DNA of 64,000 bases from an uncultured bacterium (GCA_963749495.1 CAVVMW010000027.1:39421-103420), one strand, 5' to 3'. Positions 20,208 through 31,968 are shown, numbered from the stretch's first letter. Made by a program: numbers and translations. Notes: generated from the sequence alone by a model not told the origin.

Positions 20208-22690
20208 ATACCACAAGGATGAAAAGCAGACCCATTGAGAAGGAGAATCTCCTCGCACGCTACAACTGCGGGCCGGTCCGATTGTCCGGCGACCCCAATG
20301 TGTTTTACGAGCGGCATCTGACATTCGATCAAGTCGTTCCGGACACGAAAGCGACGGCGCGCGACGAGTACGAGGCGATCGCCCGTTCCGTGCGCAACGT
20401 GCTTTCACAACGCTGGCTGAAAACCGAAGAGACTTACCGGCGGCGCAATGTCAAGCGGGTCTATTACCTCTCGATGGAGTTTCTGCTCGGGCGGTCGCTG
20501 GAGAACAATATCATTAACCTCCTGCTTGACCCGGCCTGGCATGACGTCTGCCAAGATCTCCAACTCGATCCGCTCCAGATCATCGAGCAGGAACCGGACG
20601 CCGGTCTGGGCAACGGCGGCCTCGGCCGGCTCGCGGCCTGTTTCCTCGATTCGATGGCGACGCTGGCCATTCCCGGCATGGGCTACGGCTTGCGCTACGA
20701 GTACGGGATTTTCCGGCAAAGCACCCGCGACGGCTGGCAAAGCGAACAGCCGGACCACTGGCTCGCCCCGCCCGATCCCTGGGAAGTGCCGCGGCCCGAC
20801 GAAGCCGTCGAAGTGAAGCTGTACTGTTCCTTCGAGATTCGGGGCGGCGCGCTGCGCGTCGTGGAAGGCCGTCCGTCGTCTCTCATCGGCATTCCGTACA
20901 ACCGGCCCGTGGTCGGCTACGGCGGCCGGACGATCAACACGCTGCGTCTGTGGGCTGCCAAAACGCCCAACTCATTCGACTTCGCCCGATTCAGCAGTGG
21001 CGATTTCGTTGGCGCGCTGGCCGAAACGCTCACCGCTGAAACCTTCACGCGCGTTTTGTATCCCGACGATCACACAACGGAAGGCAAAGGTCCGCGATTT
21101 TTCCAGGAATACTTTCTCGTCGCCTGTTCGCTCGCCGATCTCGTCCGTCGTTTTCGCGCTGCCGGCAATGATTGGCCGGCGCTGGCCAACAAGGTCGCCA
21201 TTCAGCTCAACGACACGCATCCAACCCTGGCCGTGCCGGAGTTGATGCGCCTGCTGTTGGACGAGGCAAAGCTGAGCTGGGACGACGCGTGGAATCTCAC
21301 TCAACGCACGCTGGCGTACACCAACCACACGCTGTTGCCGGAAGCGCTGGAGAGATGGCCGGTCGTGTGGTTTCACGATTTGCTGCCGCGCCACCTGGAA
21401 ATCATTTGCGAAATCAATCGCCGCTTCCTCGACAACGTCCGCGCCCGGTATCCCGGCGATGCCGGCCGCGTCACGCGCGTCAGCCTCATTGAGGAGGGGG
21501 CACCCCGGCAAGTCCGCATGGCGCATCTGGCCATCGTCGGCTCGCACAGCACCAACGGGGTGGCCGCGCTGCATTCGGAGTTGCTCAAGCAGCGAGTCGT
21601 GCCGGATTTCGCGGCCATGTTCCCGGAACGCTTCAACAACAAGACCAACGGCATCACCCCGCGCCGCTGGCTGTTGCTGGCCAACCCGTCGCTGGCGGCC
21701 GTCATCACCGAGGCCATCGGCGATAGCTGGATTACCGACCTGGCGCAGTTGGAGAAACTGAAACCGCTCGCCGACGACACCTCGTTTTGCGCCGCGGTCC
21801 GCAAAGCGAAACGCGACGCGAAGACGCGCTTCCTCCGGTGGCTCGACCTGCCGGGGATTGATCCCGACACGATTTTCGACACGCAAATCAAGCGCTTCCA
21901 CGAATACAAACGGCAACTGTTGAACGCGCTGCACATCGTCGTGCTCTACAATCGCCTGCGGGCCAATCCAAACCTCGACACGCCGCCGCGCACGTTCTTC
22001 TTCGGTGGCAAAGCCGCGCCCGCGTACCACCTCGCCAAGCTCGTCATCAAGTTCATCAACAACCTGGCCGGCACCCTCGACGGTGACCCGATTACCAAAG
22101 GCCGGCTGAAGGTCGTGTTCGTGCCGGACTACCGTGTGTCGGTCGCGGAATACCTAATCCCGGCCAGCGATGTGTCCGAGCAAATCTCGACGGCCGGCTA
22201 CGAGGCCAGCGGCACGAGCAACATGAAGTTCATGATGAACGGCGCGCTGACCATTGGCACACGCGACGGCGCGACCATCGAAATGGCGGAAGCGGCTGGT
22301 GCGGAGAACTTCTTCCTGTTCGGCCTGACCGCGGAGCAGGTCCAGGGCAGCCGCGGTTGGTACAACCCGCGCTGGCACTACGACCACGAACCGGAAGCGC
22401 GCGCGGCGCTCGACCTGATTGCCGGCAATCATTTCAGCCGAAACGAGCCCGGCGTTTTCGCGCCCATCCTCGACGCGCTGCTGAACTACGGCGACCACTA
22501 CCGGCACTTAGCCGACCTCACGAGTTACGCTCAAGCGCATCAACACCTGGGCGAGTTGTGCGCGAACCCGGCGGCATGGACGCACAAAGCGATACTGAAC
22601 ATCGCCGCTTCCGGCAAGTTCTCCTGCAACCGCACCATTGCCGAGTACGCCAAGGAAATTTGGAACGCCAGACCATGCTCCACCAGATAA
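20204..22690 (+). CDS. glgP: Glycogen/maltodextrin phosphorylase
   Basis: YYLSMEFL, GNGGLGRLAACF, QLNDTHP, KRFHEYKRQ, PLP motif EASGTSNMKF; 828 aa, full length. Confidence 0.97.
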   Translation: MNTTRMKSRPIEKENLLARYNCGPVRLSGDPNVFYERHLTFDQVVPDTKATARDEYEAIARSVRNVLSQRWLKTEETYRRRNVKRVYYLSMEFLLGRSLENNIINLLLDPAWHDVCQDLQLDPLQIIEQEPDAGLGNGGLGRLAACFLDSMATLAIPGMGYGLRYEYGIFRQSTRDGWQSEQPDHWLAPPDPWEVPRPDEAVEVKLYCSFEIRGGALRVVEGRPSSLIGIPYNRPVVGYGGRTINTLRLWAAKTPNSFDFARFSSGDFVGALAETLTAETFTRVLYPDDHTTEGKGPRFFQEYFLVACSLADLVRRFRAAGNDWPALANKVAIQLNDTHPTLAVPELMRLLLDEAKLSWDDAWNLTQRTLAYTNHTLLPEALERWPVVWFHDLLPRHLEIICEINRRFLDNVRARYPGDAGRVTRVSLIEEGAPRQVRMAHLAIVGSHSTNGVAALHSELLKQRVVPDFAAMFPERFNNKTNGITPRRWLLLANPSLAAVITEAIGDSWITDLAQLEKLKPLADDTSFCAAVRKAKRDAKTRFLRWLDLPGIDPDTIFDTQIKRFHEYKRQLLNALHIVVLYNRLRANPNLDTPPRTFFFGGKAAPAYHLAKLVIKFINNLAGTLDGDPITKGRLKVVFVPDYRVSVAEYLIPASDVSEQISTAGYEASGTSNMKFMMNGALTIGTRDGATIEMAEAAGAENFFLFGLTAEQVQGSRGWYNPRWHYDHEPEARAALDLIAGNHFSRNEPGVFAPILDALLNYGDHYRHLADLTSYAQAHQHLGELCANPAAWTHKAILNIAASGKFSCNRTIAEYAKEIWNARPCSTR

Positions 22691-22815
22691 CAACATTGGG
22701 TGAACCCCGCTATCCCTCGCCCCTGAGTCGTTTCGTCAGCGACGATTGGTTCGTGCCGGAGCACATCATCCGGGGCCTGTCGGCGCCACAGCAGGAGTGG
22801 GGATTCGAGCTGGCC
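22675..22815 (+). pseudogene. N-terminal 47-codon stub of a probable 6-phosphofructokinase
   Basis: MLHQITTLGEPRYPSPL..FVSDD...FELA resembles the N-terminal extension preceding AGPR in long-N-terminus PFKs; start overlaps the glgP end. Confidence 0.55.
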
Positions 22816-25788
22816 TCCCGCGCGCGCCACCAGCAGCCGCAAATTGTCCGGGGACGGCCTGGCCCGCCTGTCGCCTCTTTGGGGCTGCAAATTGAGCATC
22901 AGATCGAGGCCGCCGCCCTTTTTGAACAGGAAGCGGTAGTCGGTGGCCGCGTTTGCGATCAGGTCCGGATCGTCCGTCTGCCATTGGAGGTAGAGATAGT
23001 TCTGGTCGAAAGCCACGGCCGCCGATGCCCGGCTGTCAATCGCGATGACCGACGCGGGTTTCCACGCGGCCAGGTTCTCCATCGGCGCGGCCAGAGGCGA
23101 TACCTGCAGTTCTTGGCTGCCCGGATTGCGGCGCGGTTCGCTTTGGGCTGCCGGAACGCGCCGGACAAGCTCCTGCGTAACGGAGACCGTTCCGAAGTCG
23201 CGCCGTCGAACCGAGTCCCAGCCTTCGACGTGATAGATGCTCGAACAGGTGAAGCCAGCGACCATATAGACCTCGCCGCTTGGAATCTGGGTGATCGTCG
23301 GATGGAAGTGCTCTTGCTCGAAGGTGAAACCGTCCATGATCTGCCCGCGTTTGGCCAGCGCCAGCCGGATGGGCGGAAACCGGCGGGCGTCTCCCCCAAG
23401 TGTTTGTACGAACAGTCCGTCGGTGGTGAGGACGTAGAAGTTGCCCATCTCGCCGTTCATCACGAAGACCTCGCCCGCCTCGCCTTGCGGTTGAAAGGGC
23501 GGCCCCAGGAGCCGCGTGGGCGCGATGTATTGGCCCGGTTCCATCGGGATGGTATTGTCGTCAGGATACTCGCGGTAGCTCCACATTTTCTGGCCGTTGC
23601 GGTAACCGACTGCCGTGCTGATTAGCCATCCCTCTTTGGCGGGCACCGTCAGCAGTCCGTCTTCCGATTTCCCCATTTCAGAGGTGGGTGGAATCATGAA
23701 CCGGGCCTTTTCCAAGTCGAATACAAGCACGCCGTCGGAGGTGATGGACGGCGCGGGTACCCGAATGGACCAACTCCCGGTCGCCTCGAGTCCGGGGCCG
23801 AACACAAAATCACGGTAGCCGTGCGTCCGGGCCAGGCGACCGTTCTCCCCGGGAAATTGCTCGCTGAACACGCGGTAACGGAACTCGTTGGTTTGGACTT
23901 TCATGTCTCCATTGAGGTCGCTCCAGGTCATAAAGTGCTCGTGCTCCTTGTTCGGGGCGCCCTCCAGGATGTCCGGCCGCTTGTACAGGTAAGGCCACCA
24001 ACGGTCAGACCCCAAGTACGCCACGGGGCGGCCGATCTGGGTTTTCTCGTCCAGTAAATAAATGGCCGAGTAAGTGTTTCCGCGCAGACCTCCCTGGTAA
24101 CCGCCGACCAGATAAGTCCGGCCGCCGGCGCGGATCGGGCGTTCGGGAAGCCAGTTTTCGCCGGGCATTGGGTCGTTGCCTTGCGCCTCTTCCCGGGCCA
24201 CAACCGCTTTCACCCGGGCGGTTCCGCGCAACCAGTCCAACTCGAACTCGATGATACCTCCGAACTCGGCGTAAAACATGCGGTTGGGGTTGTCGGGATC
24301 GATTGTTCCGCCGCCACCATACCGAGGAGGCCCATATTTGGCTCGCAGCAACTCTCCCTCAGCGGACCACTCGCTTACGCGCTTGGGCAGATTGTCGGTC
24401 TCCGCCACCCAGAGGTGGTTTTGGCTGTCAACCGCAACGCCGGTCGGGTACTGCATGCGGCGCTCGTCGTACTGGCCCAACTGCGGGCCGCCGGGCTTGC
24501 CGATAGTTTGAACGAGTTTATACCCGGCGTCGAACACCTTGATCTGATGGCTGGCCCCCCAATCGCTAATGTAGAGCTTGCCGTCGGGCGCGATCTTCAT
24601 TCGTTGCGGGTCCTCCAGGCCGGTGACCAGCGTTTCCTCGCCTGAAAGCCTGGCTTGTTTCCCATCCCCCGCCACTTCGACCGCGTAGCGTTTCAGGTCC
24701 TTACCGGTCAAGACCAGCAGGCGGCCTTGGGGGTCGAACAGCAGCCCTTTGGGGCGGGGGAGGCTGACCTCGCCGAGGGCGGCTCTTTTCCGGCTGTCAA
24801 AGAAGTAGAGCTTGTTCTTCCACGGGGCGCTGGTGGCGATCAATCCGTTGTGAACCGCCAATCCCGCTCCCTCGCGCACGCCCTCTCGCACGCCACCCGC
24901 GTACTTGCCGATCAACCTGGCCTCGAACGTCTCGACTTCAGCCGCCCCGCCGCTCCGCTGCCGCGGGCTCTTCGCAGCGTAAAGGCCGTGGACCGGCGTT
25001 GCCGCGGTGCTCAGGTTGACGGTGTAGGCGAAGAACTCGGGGTCGCGATTGGGTCCGGAGTCGCGGGCGACCGCGTTCCCTCCCGCCCAGCCGTCGATCT
25101 TGGGACCGCCGACGATCTTGTTTCCCTCCTCGTCCATCACGAGCAGCGTGTCGCCCGCCTCGCCGACCCGGGATGCGACGAGAATTTGGGGCGCTCCGTT
25201 GCGCGCGGGGCCGGTTCCTTTGGGCAGGAACAGCACGTCGCACGGGACCGAATGGTCGGCCAACCAGGCGCCGCTGCCCTCCAGTGTGGGCCACGGCGGG
25301 TTGCCGCCTCCATAGACACTAAACTCGTAGCGTAAGTGAAGACCGTCGTGAATCAGCCCGCGGACACGATACGCGCCCTCAGCCACGCGACGGCGCACAA
25401 AATCGCCGGCCCGGGTGGTGCCCCCCTCGTCGTAGCCGTCCCAGTAAACGACGTTCTCACCCGCCGGCAACTTGGTTTCGGAAATCAAATTGCGAACGCG
25501 CCTCCCTTGGGCGTCCTCCAACACCAGCGTCACGTAAGACGCCTTCGGAAGCTCAAACCGGACGGGAATGCCAACCTCCGCGCCGTCGGCCCGAGGGACG
25601 GTCAAGAACCACGGCAGGGTCAAAACAAGGGCCATAATCTGCCGGGTGGCGAATATAAGCTTGTCACTTGCCGCCCCTGGCTTGGCCGCGGCCCCGCTGG
25701 TTGTCTGGAGGAATATCTGTCGGTTCACGTGATTGAGATGGTCGTGGTTCGACATTCGGTGACGGTTCATATTCGACGGCACTGGCAT
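22816..25788 (-). pseudogene. Large secreted FlgD-Ig + NHL/beta-propeller protein, 3-prime truncated
   Basis: VTLVLEDAQGRRVRNL...WDGYD (FlgD_ig-like), PTGVAVDSQ..LWVAE (NHL-like), WSDLNGD; after LLVARAGGQL it reads into the antisense of the pfk stub/glgP. Confidence 0.75.
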
Positions 25789-25809
25789 TTTGTTCTCCGG
25801 GCGGGCGGG

Positions 25810-28368
25810 CTACTCCTGTGCCATCCACCAGATGATGACGTTGTCTTGGCCGGAGGCTGGGGCTTCCTCGAAAGCCACCTCGACCGCTTCTTTGGAAACC
25901 TGCGCCACCCGGGTGCGCGCGAACTGGTTGCCGCTAAGGGTGACGATGGGTTCCACCGTGAATGGTTGGCGGAAGCGGATGGTGAACGTCTTGGTCGTTC
26001 CGTCCCCTGAAAAGACTGCTTTGCCCCGCGTGCGATCGTTGCCCTTGAGGATCCCTCCCAAGGCCACTGTGTCGTGTCTGACCGAGAGAGGAACGTCGCC
26101 ATGCTCGGTTCGAATGTCCATGGCCCGCCCCTGGCTGGAACCCTGAAGATATGGGAGGTCCGGGCTGTGATAGCAGCGTAAGATAGGCACATCCGGCGCG
26201 GCGATGAAAGCGCCGTCGAGCGGATCGCCATTGACGATGACACCGTTGCCCTGCTTGTCCTTGGGGAGTTCGATTCTCATCCCGATGCCCATATTATAGG
26301 AGTTGAACGCGATCCCGTTCGCCGGCCGATTCTGGAAGAAGCTGCCGCAGTTGTAGCCCTGCACCCAGTCGTTGGGACCGAGTTCCCCGTCGAGCCAACC
26401 CCAGGAGATGCTCATGGTTTGGCAGGTGCCGATCGCGGCCAGGAGTTTATCGCCTGCTTTCCATTCCGTGGTGAGGGGCTCGACATGCAGGCCGCGCTCG
26501 TTCCATGGGTCGTCAAAGTGGGTGCCCGGCGCCATCTGGTAGCCTCCTTGTGCCGCCGCGCCTTCGAGCGCTTTGGGCAGAGTGCCGATGGCGGCCGGGT
26601 TAGTGTAAAGTGCGCCCTTGCCTTTGAGCTTTTCCTTGTCCGCGAGTTTCAGTGAGGTAAAGAGGGCGTCCGAGGGCGCGCCTTCCGCACCGCCGTAAGT
26701 CAAACCAGCCGCCTTCAGGCTGGGGAGCGTCTGCCCACGGGCGGGATTATAGATGAATCGGCTGTATCCCAGGTTGGCATCCCGCCGCCAGTTGGTGTGC
26801 ATGACCACACGAACGTGCGTCGGACTGAGGACTTCCGAGATGTTACACCAGGAGCGTTTTGTGCCAACGTTGTCGATGTCGAAGCTGATGAACCATCCCG
26901 CGTGTTCCGGCCGCCAGTCGGTGCCCTCGCTATAGACATCGCAGTTCACCACATGATCGATTCTCCCGAGACTCCGGGTCCGAGACAAGTTGATGAGGAT
27001 GCGGCCTGAAGCCCCTTCGATCTGGCCTGAATACTCCAGGTGACGCGAGCCGGGCGGAGCATTTCTGGCCAGCGTGACTGCGCCGCCTTCGCGCAGACCT
27101 CGGGTAGTGAAAGTTCGCAGGAGAGAACCGCCTTCGTCCCCGCCCTCGCGATTGCCGCCATAGAGGTTCGCGGTCAAATCCTGCACCACAGAATCTCCCG
27201 CCCCGTAGGCATTCAAGGTGGCTCCCTGGACGACATATTGCCCCACGGTTTTTGTCGTCAACTCGGTTTGCAGGGCGCTGAAAGTACTTTTGTAGCCGCC
27301 ACACCCCCCGTCCACTGGCGGGCACTGATAATTGTAAATGCCACCGCTTTCCGCCCGCACATTCAAAGAGAGAGGACGGTACCAGCCGTAGAAATCATTC
27401 TCCGCCGAGGTCTTATCCCGGAAGACGGAAGTCAGTTCGATCCCCTTGAAGGCGCCATAGCGACTGGATTGGGTCGTAGTCAACCGCTGTTCGAACGACT
27501 GCTCCAAGGTTTCGTTGGCGTTGGGCGCCACTACCATCTGGAGCTCTTGCCCGAAATCCTCGACCGTGAGTTCGGAGGTGGAAGCTAGCAAGAACCGGCC
27601 TCGGCCCTCAGGCTTCGCCTCGGCTGGGGTGGCTTCAAAGGGTCCCGGCCCCCAGGTCACGAAATTGTCGGACTTGTGAATGATCACGCGAGGATATTTC
27701 GCGGGACCTTGTTCGCTATGCGGCCCGAGCAGCGCGACCAGGTGGAGCTTGCGTCCAAACGGTGGTGCGGGCGTCTGGGTGACCCACAAGCTCTGTTTCC
27801 ACTGCAGCGGCGAGCCCGCGCTGACGGTCAACTCGTTCTCACAATCGTCCGGATCGCATTTCACCGGAAAAGGGCCGGCCAGTTCCGAACTGCGCCAACC
27901 GTTATGCCCCTGCACCCAGTAATACAAATCGTTCGTTCCGGGCTTTCTCACTTTGATCTCCATGTGCGGGGCCGGCAGCCTCTCGGTGCGCAAGATGTGA
28001 TACCGGACCGCTCCCGCCACCGGACTGATCGTCAGACGAACTTTGTTGTTGGAATCCAATCGGTCCGGCAGGTTTTTCACCACACACGGGGCCGACAAAT
28101 CAGTGATCTTGCCGGGGAAATCCCCCGCCTGGGTTTTTTCGGCTGATTCGGCATAGACCCAGTAACAGGCCGTGCGTCCTCCGGCCTGGCCCACAATTTG
28201 CGCTTTCGGAGGCGGAGGTGCCGGCATCGCGCTGGAGGAGGAGGCATGAGCGAGAACCGCCGCTATGAAACCGAGACCAGCGAGAGGTTTGAGAAGAGTG
28301 GCTGCCACAGTGTCTTTCATGATGAGCTTTTTAATGAATGCCTTGGGAGGGCGAGATCCGTTGATCAT
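25810..28368 (-). CDS. Large secreted hypothetical protein with a C-terminal tail-fibre/H-lectin-like beta domain
   Basis: 852-aa uninterrupted ORF; signal peptide after alternative ATG 28320; C-term RGKAVFSGDGTTKTFTIRF..PF..EPIV. Confidence 0.7.
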   Translation of the reverse strand: MINGSRPPKAFIKKLIMKDTVAATLLKPLAGLGFIAAVLAHASSSSAMPAPPPPKAQIVGQAGGRTACYWVYAESAEKTQAGDFPGKITDLSAPCVVKNLPDRLDSNNKVRLTISPVAGAVRYHILRTERLPAPHMEIKVRKPGTNDLYYWVQGHNGWRSSELAGPFPVKCDPDDCENELTVSAGSPLQWKQSLWVTQTPAPPFGRKLHLVALLGPHSEQGPAKYPRVIIHKSDNFVTWGPGPFEATPAEAKPEGRGRFLLASTSELTVEDFGQELQMVVAPNANETLEQSFEQRLTTTQSSRYGAFKGIELTSVFRDKTSAENDFYGWYRPLSLNVRAESGGIYNYQCPPVDGGCGGYKSTFSALQTELTTKTVGQYVVQGATLNAYGAGDSVVQDLTANLYGGNREGGDEGGSLLRTFTTRGLREGGAVTLARNAPPGSRHLEYSGQIEGASGRILINLSRTRSLGRIDHVVNCDVYSEGTDWRPEHAGWFISFDIDNVGTKRSWCNISEVLSPTHVRVVMHTNWRRDANLGYSRFIYNPARGQTLPSLKAAGLTYGGAEGAPSDALFTSLKLADKEKLKGKGALYTNPAAIGTLPKALEGAAAQGGYQMAPGTHFDDPWNERGLHVEPLTTEWKAGDKLLAAIGTCQTMSISWGWLDGELGPNDWVQGYNCGSFFQNRPANGIAFNSYNMGIGMRIELPKDKQGNGVIVNGDPLDGAFIAAPDVPILRCYHSPDLPYLQGSSQGRAMDIRTEHGDVPLSVRHDTVALGGILKGNDRTRGKAVFSGDGTTKTFTIRFRQPFTVEPIVTLSGNQFARTRVAQVSKEAVEVAFEEAPASGQDNVIIWWMAQE

Positions 28369-29250
28369 TTGGAATACGCGATTTCAGGGGGTCCGGAGCC
28401 CCTGACAAAAGAGCGGTCCCATAGCCATGGTCGTTGACAGGCTGCGGGCACGCTTCATACACCGTTCCCCGGATGGCGAACGAATAACTCTTGTTAAGAT
28501 CGAAGCCCACGGCACTATTCCTGATGGTGTTGCCTTCGCACAAGGTGGCGAAGGTCAGCGGCGCATTCGTGGGCGTTTTCATCCAGTTTTGGTTGAAGGT
28601 GGCAATGGCGGCGTTGCCCGCCAGGCGTTGGGTCTGGTTCGAACAAGAACTGCGGTCAATGACGTTGTCCCGGATCTCGGTGCCGTAGTCGCCAATGCCC
28701 CGATAATGCACGGTCTCATTTTCCACACGCAGCGTAATACCCATGGTCGCGTATTTCGGCGCCACCCCCGTGAAGGTGCTCCGCTTGAGCTGGTTGAAAT
28801 GGACCGGGCAATGCCAGGCGCCACCGTTCGGGGAATTCGCCGATCCGGCCCCAATTGTTCCACCCCTCGGTGTCCCGCGAAACCGCTTCGGCATCCACGC
28901 AGTCGTAGCAGCCCCCGTAGTACATGTTGTAGGGGGATTTGGAGCCGCGCGCGATATTGTGGTAGAACACGTTGTTGACATGCCAGCTACCGGCGCTCAC
29001 CACGCTGTTGGTGCCGGGTGGCACATCCCAGGGGGGACAGACGGTAAAACGAACCGCCGCCGGGTTGCCGCCCAGGTTCCGCTGCGCGGACATCCGCCGA
29101 AGCTGGCCTAAGCCCTTTCCCTTGACGACGATGAGCTCCATTTCGTGAGTTGCCAGCCCCTTAAAATCCGAGCTCACATCGGCGCGGACGTCAACCGTGT
29201 CGCAGCTGGAAACGGTCACCGCCCCGGTCAGGCACGACCAGGCGGAATCG
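28331..29250 (-). pseudogene. C-terminal fragment of a beta-helix (pectin-lyase-fold-like) protein; frameshift ~28830
   Basis: LIVVKGKGLGQLRR..., PPWDVPPG..S, NNVFYHN, IRDNVI, LCEGNTI; frames join at GEFP/NGGAW; 5-prime part missing. Confidence 0.6.
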
Positions 29251-30892
29251 ATCCGTGGTCCCACACCCAGTTCGAAGGACTTCCTTCGCGCAGTTCCCAG
29301 GCCAGTTCCAGGTTCTCGCCAGCGAACTCGTCGTTGAAAACCGTGATCGCCCGTGATGCTCTGGACTTGGCCGGGAGGACGGGGGCAATCACGGGGAAAT
29401 GCCCGAAGGCATCGCATTTCCGATTGGCCTTCCAAAACTCGCCGTCGGCGGCCAGTAAGGGATGACACGCCGCTTGGAGCAGGCGAATGCCGGGGTGGCT
29501 CCAAGGATCGGGGAGATTGTCCTCGCCGTAAACCGGATGCCGATTTTCCTCGGTGACGAAATCGGACGTTTTGACTCCTGGGATCGAGGAGACCCAACTG
29601 GAGAGCAGTACGTACGGGCGGACATCCGACGCGCCTTGGAGACGAGCCAGAACCGTGGTGGTGGCAAACCAAGACAATCCGGCGGGCGTGGTCGAGCGCA
29701 CCCAGTCCGCCTCGCCCAATCCGTATGGGCGTTCACTCATCGGGATGACGGCGTCGTTGTGCCCGATGGTTTGAAAGGTGGGACGCCCTTGGCTGTTGCA
29801 GGTGAAATAGTGGTCAATCCAAGTGAAGTCAGGCTTGTCCCAGAGAAGCTTGAAAACCCTCTTCACATCGAAGGCGTTGGGATCGCCATAACAGATGTCC
29901 TCGCTGATCGGCCGGGTCTGATCGACGGCCTTGATAGCTTCGTATAGTTCGAGATGGTAGGCAGGGTCGGTGCATTGCGCCTCGTTCTTTGAACTCCAGC
30001 GGATGATGGACGGATGGTTCTTGTCGCGGCGGACGAGCTCCTGGAGGCACTTGACTTCGTGGAAGCCGCGGCCGTTCTCCATATCGAATCCGTCCCAGCG
30101 GGTGGAACTCTCCCCGATGAGCATGAGTCCCAATTCGTCGCACACGTCGATCATATAAGGCGTCCAGGGCCCCATGTGCTGGCGCTGCACGTTGTAATTG
30201 AGCCTAAGGAAGTTGCTCACCGCCGCAGGCCAGCCGGGGTTTTTGGCTGAGGGCGGCAGGAATCCGGGCAGGGTATCGATGAAGACATCTGGGTAGGTGC
30301 GGAGATGAGCGCTGCGGAAGAGGCCGCGAGCAATGCATTCGCACCACTCCGCCCAATGCGGCGCCACGGGACGACCATTCTGATAAGCCCGGATGGCCAG
30401 GCGCAAGAGGAAATCCCCTCCTGGTCGAACGTGGGGAGTGAGGTCGAAGACCTGCGGAGTAAATGCGGTTACGTCCGAACCGATCTTCTTGAGGGAGGCT
30501 TGATCTCGACCGAGAAAACAACCCGTGATATGGTTGACGGCGCCCAGTTCGAGCCGGACCACCTGGCCAGGGGGACCGTGCGGCACCTGAATTCGCCGTT
30601 GATACAGGGCCGCTTCGCAATTGAAGCCTTGCTTGAGCCAGCCGCCGCCCGGCACGCGAATGCTTTTCCAGGACCCGCCCTCGGGTCGGAAATCCCAAAC
30701 CCCGGAGAGGTCAACCTCGTGCAGGGGCCGGCTGGGAGTGGGAATGCCCGGCGGAATGGGCGCCGGCATGGGAGGATTGGAGCTGAGGGGCGCTGCCGTA
30801 CCCGCCAAGCCCTTGGGGAGGTTGTTGGATAGCACAATTCCCAGGCCGGATACCGAGCTCACACGAATAAAGTCTCTACGCGTGAGGATCAT
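29251..30892 (-). pseudogene. Tat-exported GH2-family hydrolase with in-frame internal deletion (~30275) and truncated end
   Basis: TRRDFI, DLSGVWDF, CDELGLMLIGE, RDKNHPSIIRWS.KNE; the Ig domain and FGFR/NG segment expected between YPDVFID and the barrel are absent. Confidence 0.75.
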
Positions 30893-30893
30893 A

Positions 30894-31968
30894 TTAGTCG
30901 TTGGCCTTGGCAATCCCGACCGATCCCAGCCCGTAGCGCAGCACGGGATCGGCGCCCTCGATGCCCAGGCGGACCTGCGGTTTTCCGGTTTCGTCCGCCA
31001 GTGCGATGCGGAGGTCGTAGTCTCCCGGCTTGAGAGCCAAGGGAAGACGGAAGGCGCTCTGCCCAGGGAAGACCGCGCCGCCAAGCCAGGAACGGGAATC
31101 GAAGGTCTGATTCACCTCGGACCAGGCAACCTCGCCGCCGGAGTCCATGAGGAACAACTTGAGCCGGTACGGATAGACACACCAACTGGCGTTCCGGTTG
31201 AGCCATTCCTGGCGCAGCGTCAGCGTCTGGCCGGGGCTGCGCTTCGCTTCCCAGGCCGCCGCAGTTAGCACGAAGCGGTAACCGATGCCTTTCGGCCGCA
31301 GAGCCCGCTCGAACTCGCCGCGATCCTCCGCCATCGCCTGACGGTAACTGGCGGCATGCATGTACAGATGGGCATAAGCGGAATGAAATCGCACAAAGGC
31401 ATTCACATGCTCGGCCATGCTGCCGTGGGTTTTGTCCTTCTTCATCTGCTCGTAAGACCAGTCGCCCTCGCCGATGAGTTGGTGGTCGCTCCAGTAATTG
31501 TTCATCAGGTCATTGGGCCAGCCGCCCAAGCCATCGATAAAGCCATTGCGGGTCAGCGCCAATCCTTTTGCCAGTGCGAGATCGAGGGCCTGGCGGCTGA
31601 TGGCCTCAGCCAGCGGGGTATCGCCGCCACAGTCATCGTCGTAAACATGCGCGATGGCGAGGTTGCGAACAGGCTCGCTGTCCGATTGATCCGGCGCGAA
31701 GACGTCCAGGTAAGCGCGGATGGCCTTGCCGAGCACCTCGCGTTTTTTCTCCCGGCTGGGCCAGGGATAATGCGACCACATCGTATGCCATTCACCCCAG
31801 TCGCCAAAACCCATCACATGGTCCAGGATGATGGCGCTGCCGTGCTTTTCATAACGGTCCCGGTAAGCACCCAGGAATCGCTTCAACTTCGGCAGATAGA
31901 TTGCCTCCCAGGTGGGGTCCGCGTAGGCGGGGCATTTCTGTTTGACTCCCCCCTCCGCCTTGTATTCG
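30894..31968 (-). pseudogene. DUF4832-type (GH-A-like) protein, 5-prime truncated
   Basis: P.YADP, GFGDWGEWH, IGYRFVL, L.PGDY.L.IAL; begins abruptly inside the fucosidase tail. Confidence 0.65.

Noticed and set aside
22357..23625. 422-aa + strand ORF as a real gene
   Set aside because: Only 22675-22815 looks coding; the rest is an alternative frame of glgP and antisense of the NHL gene
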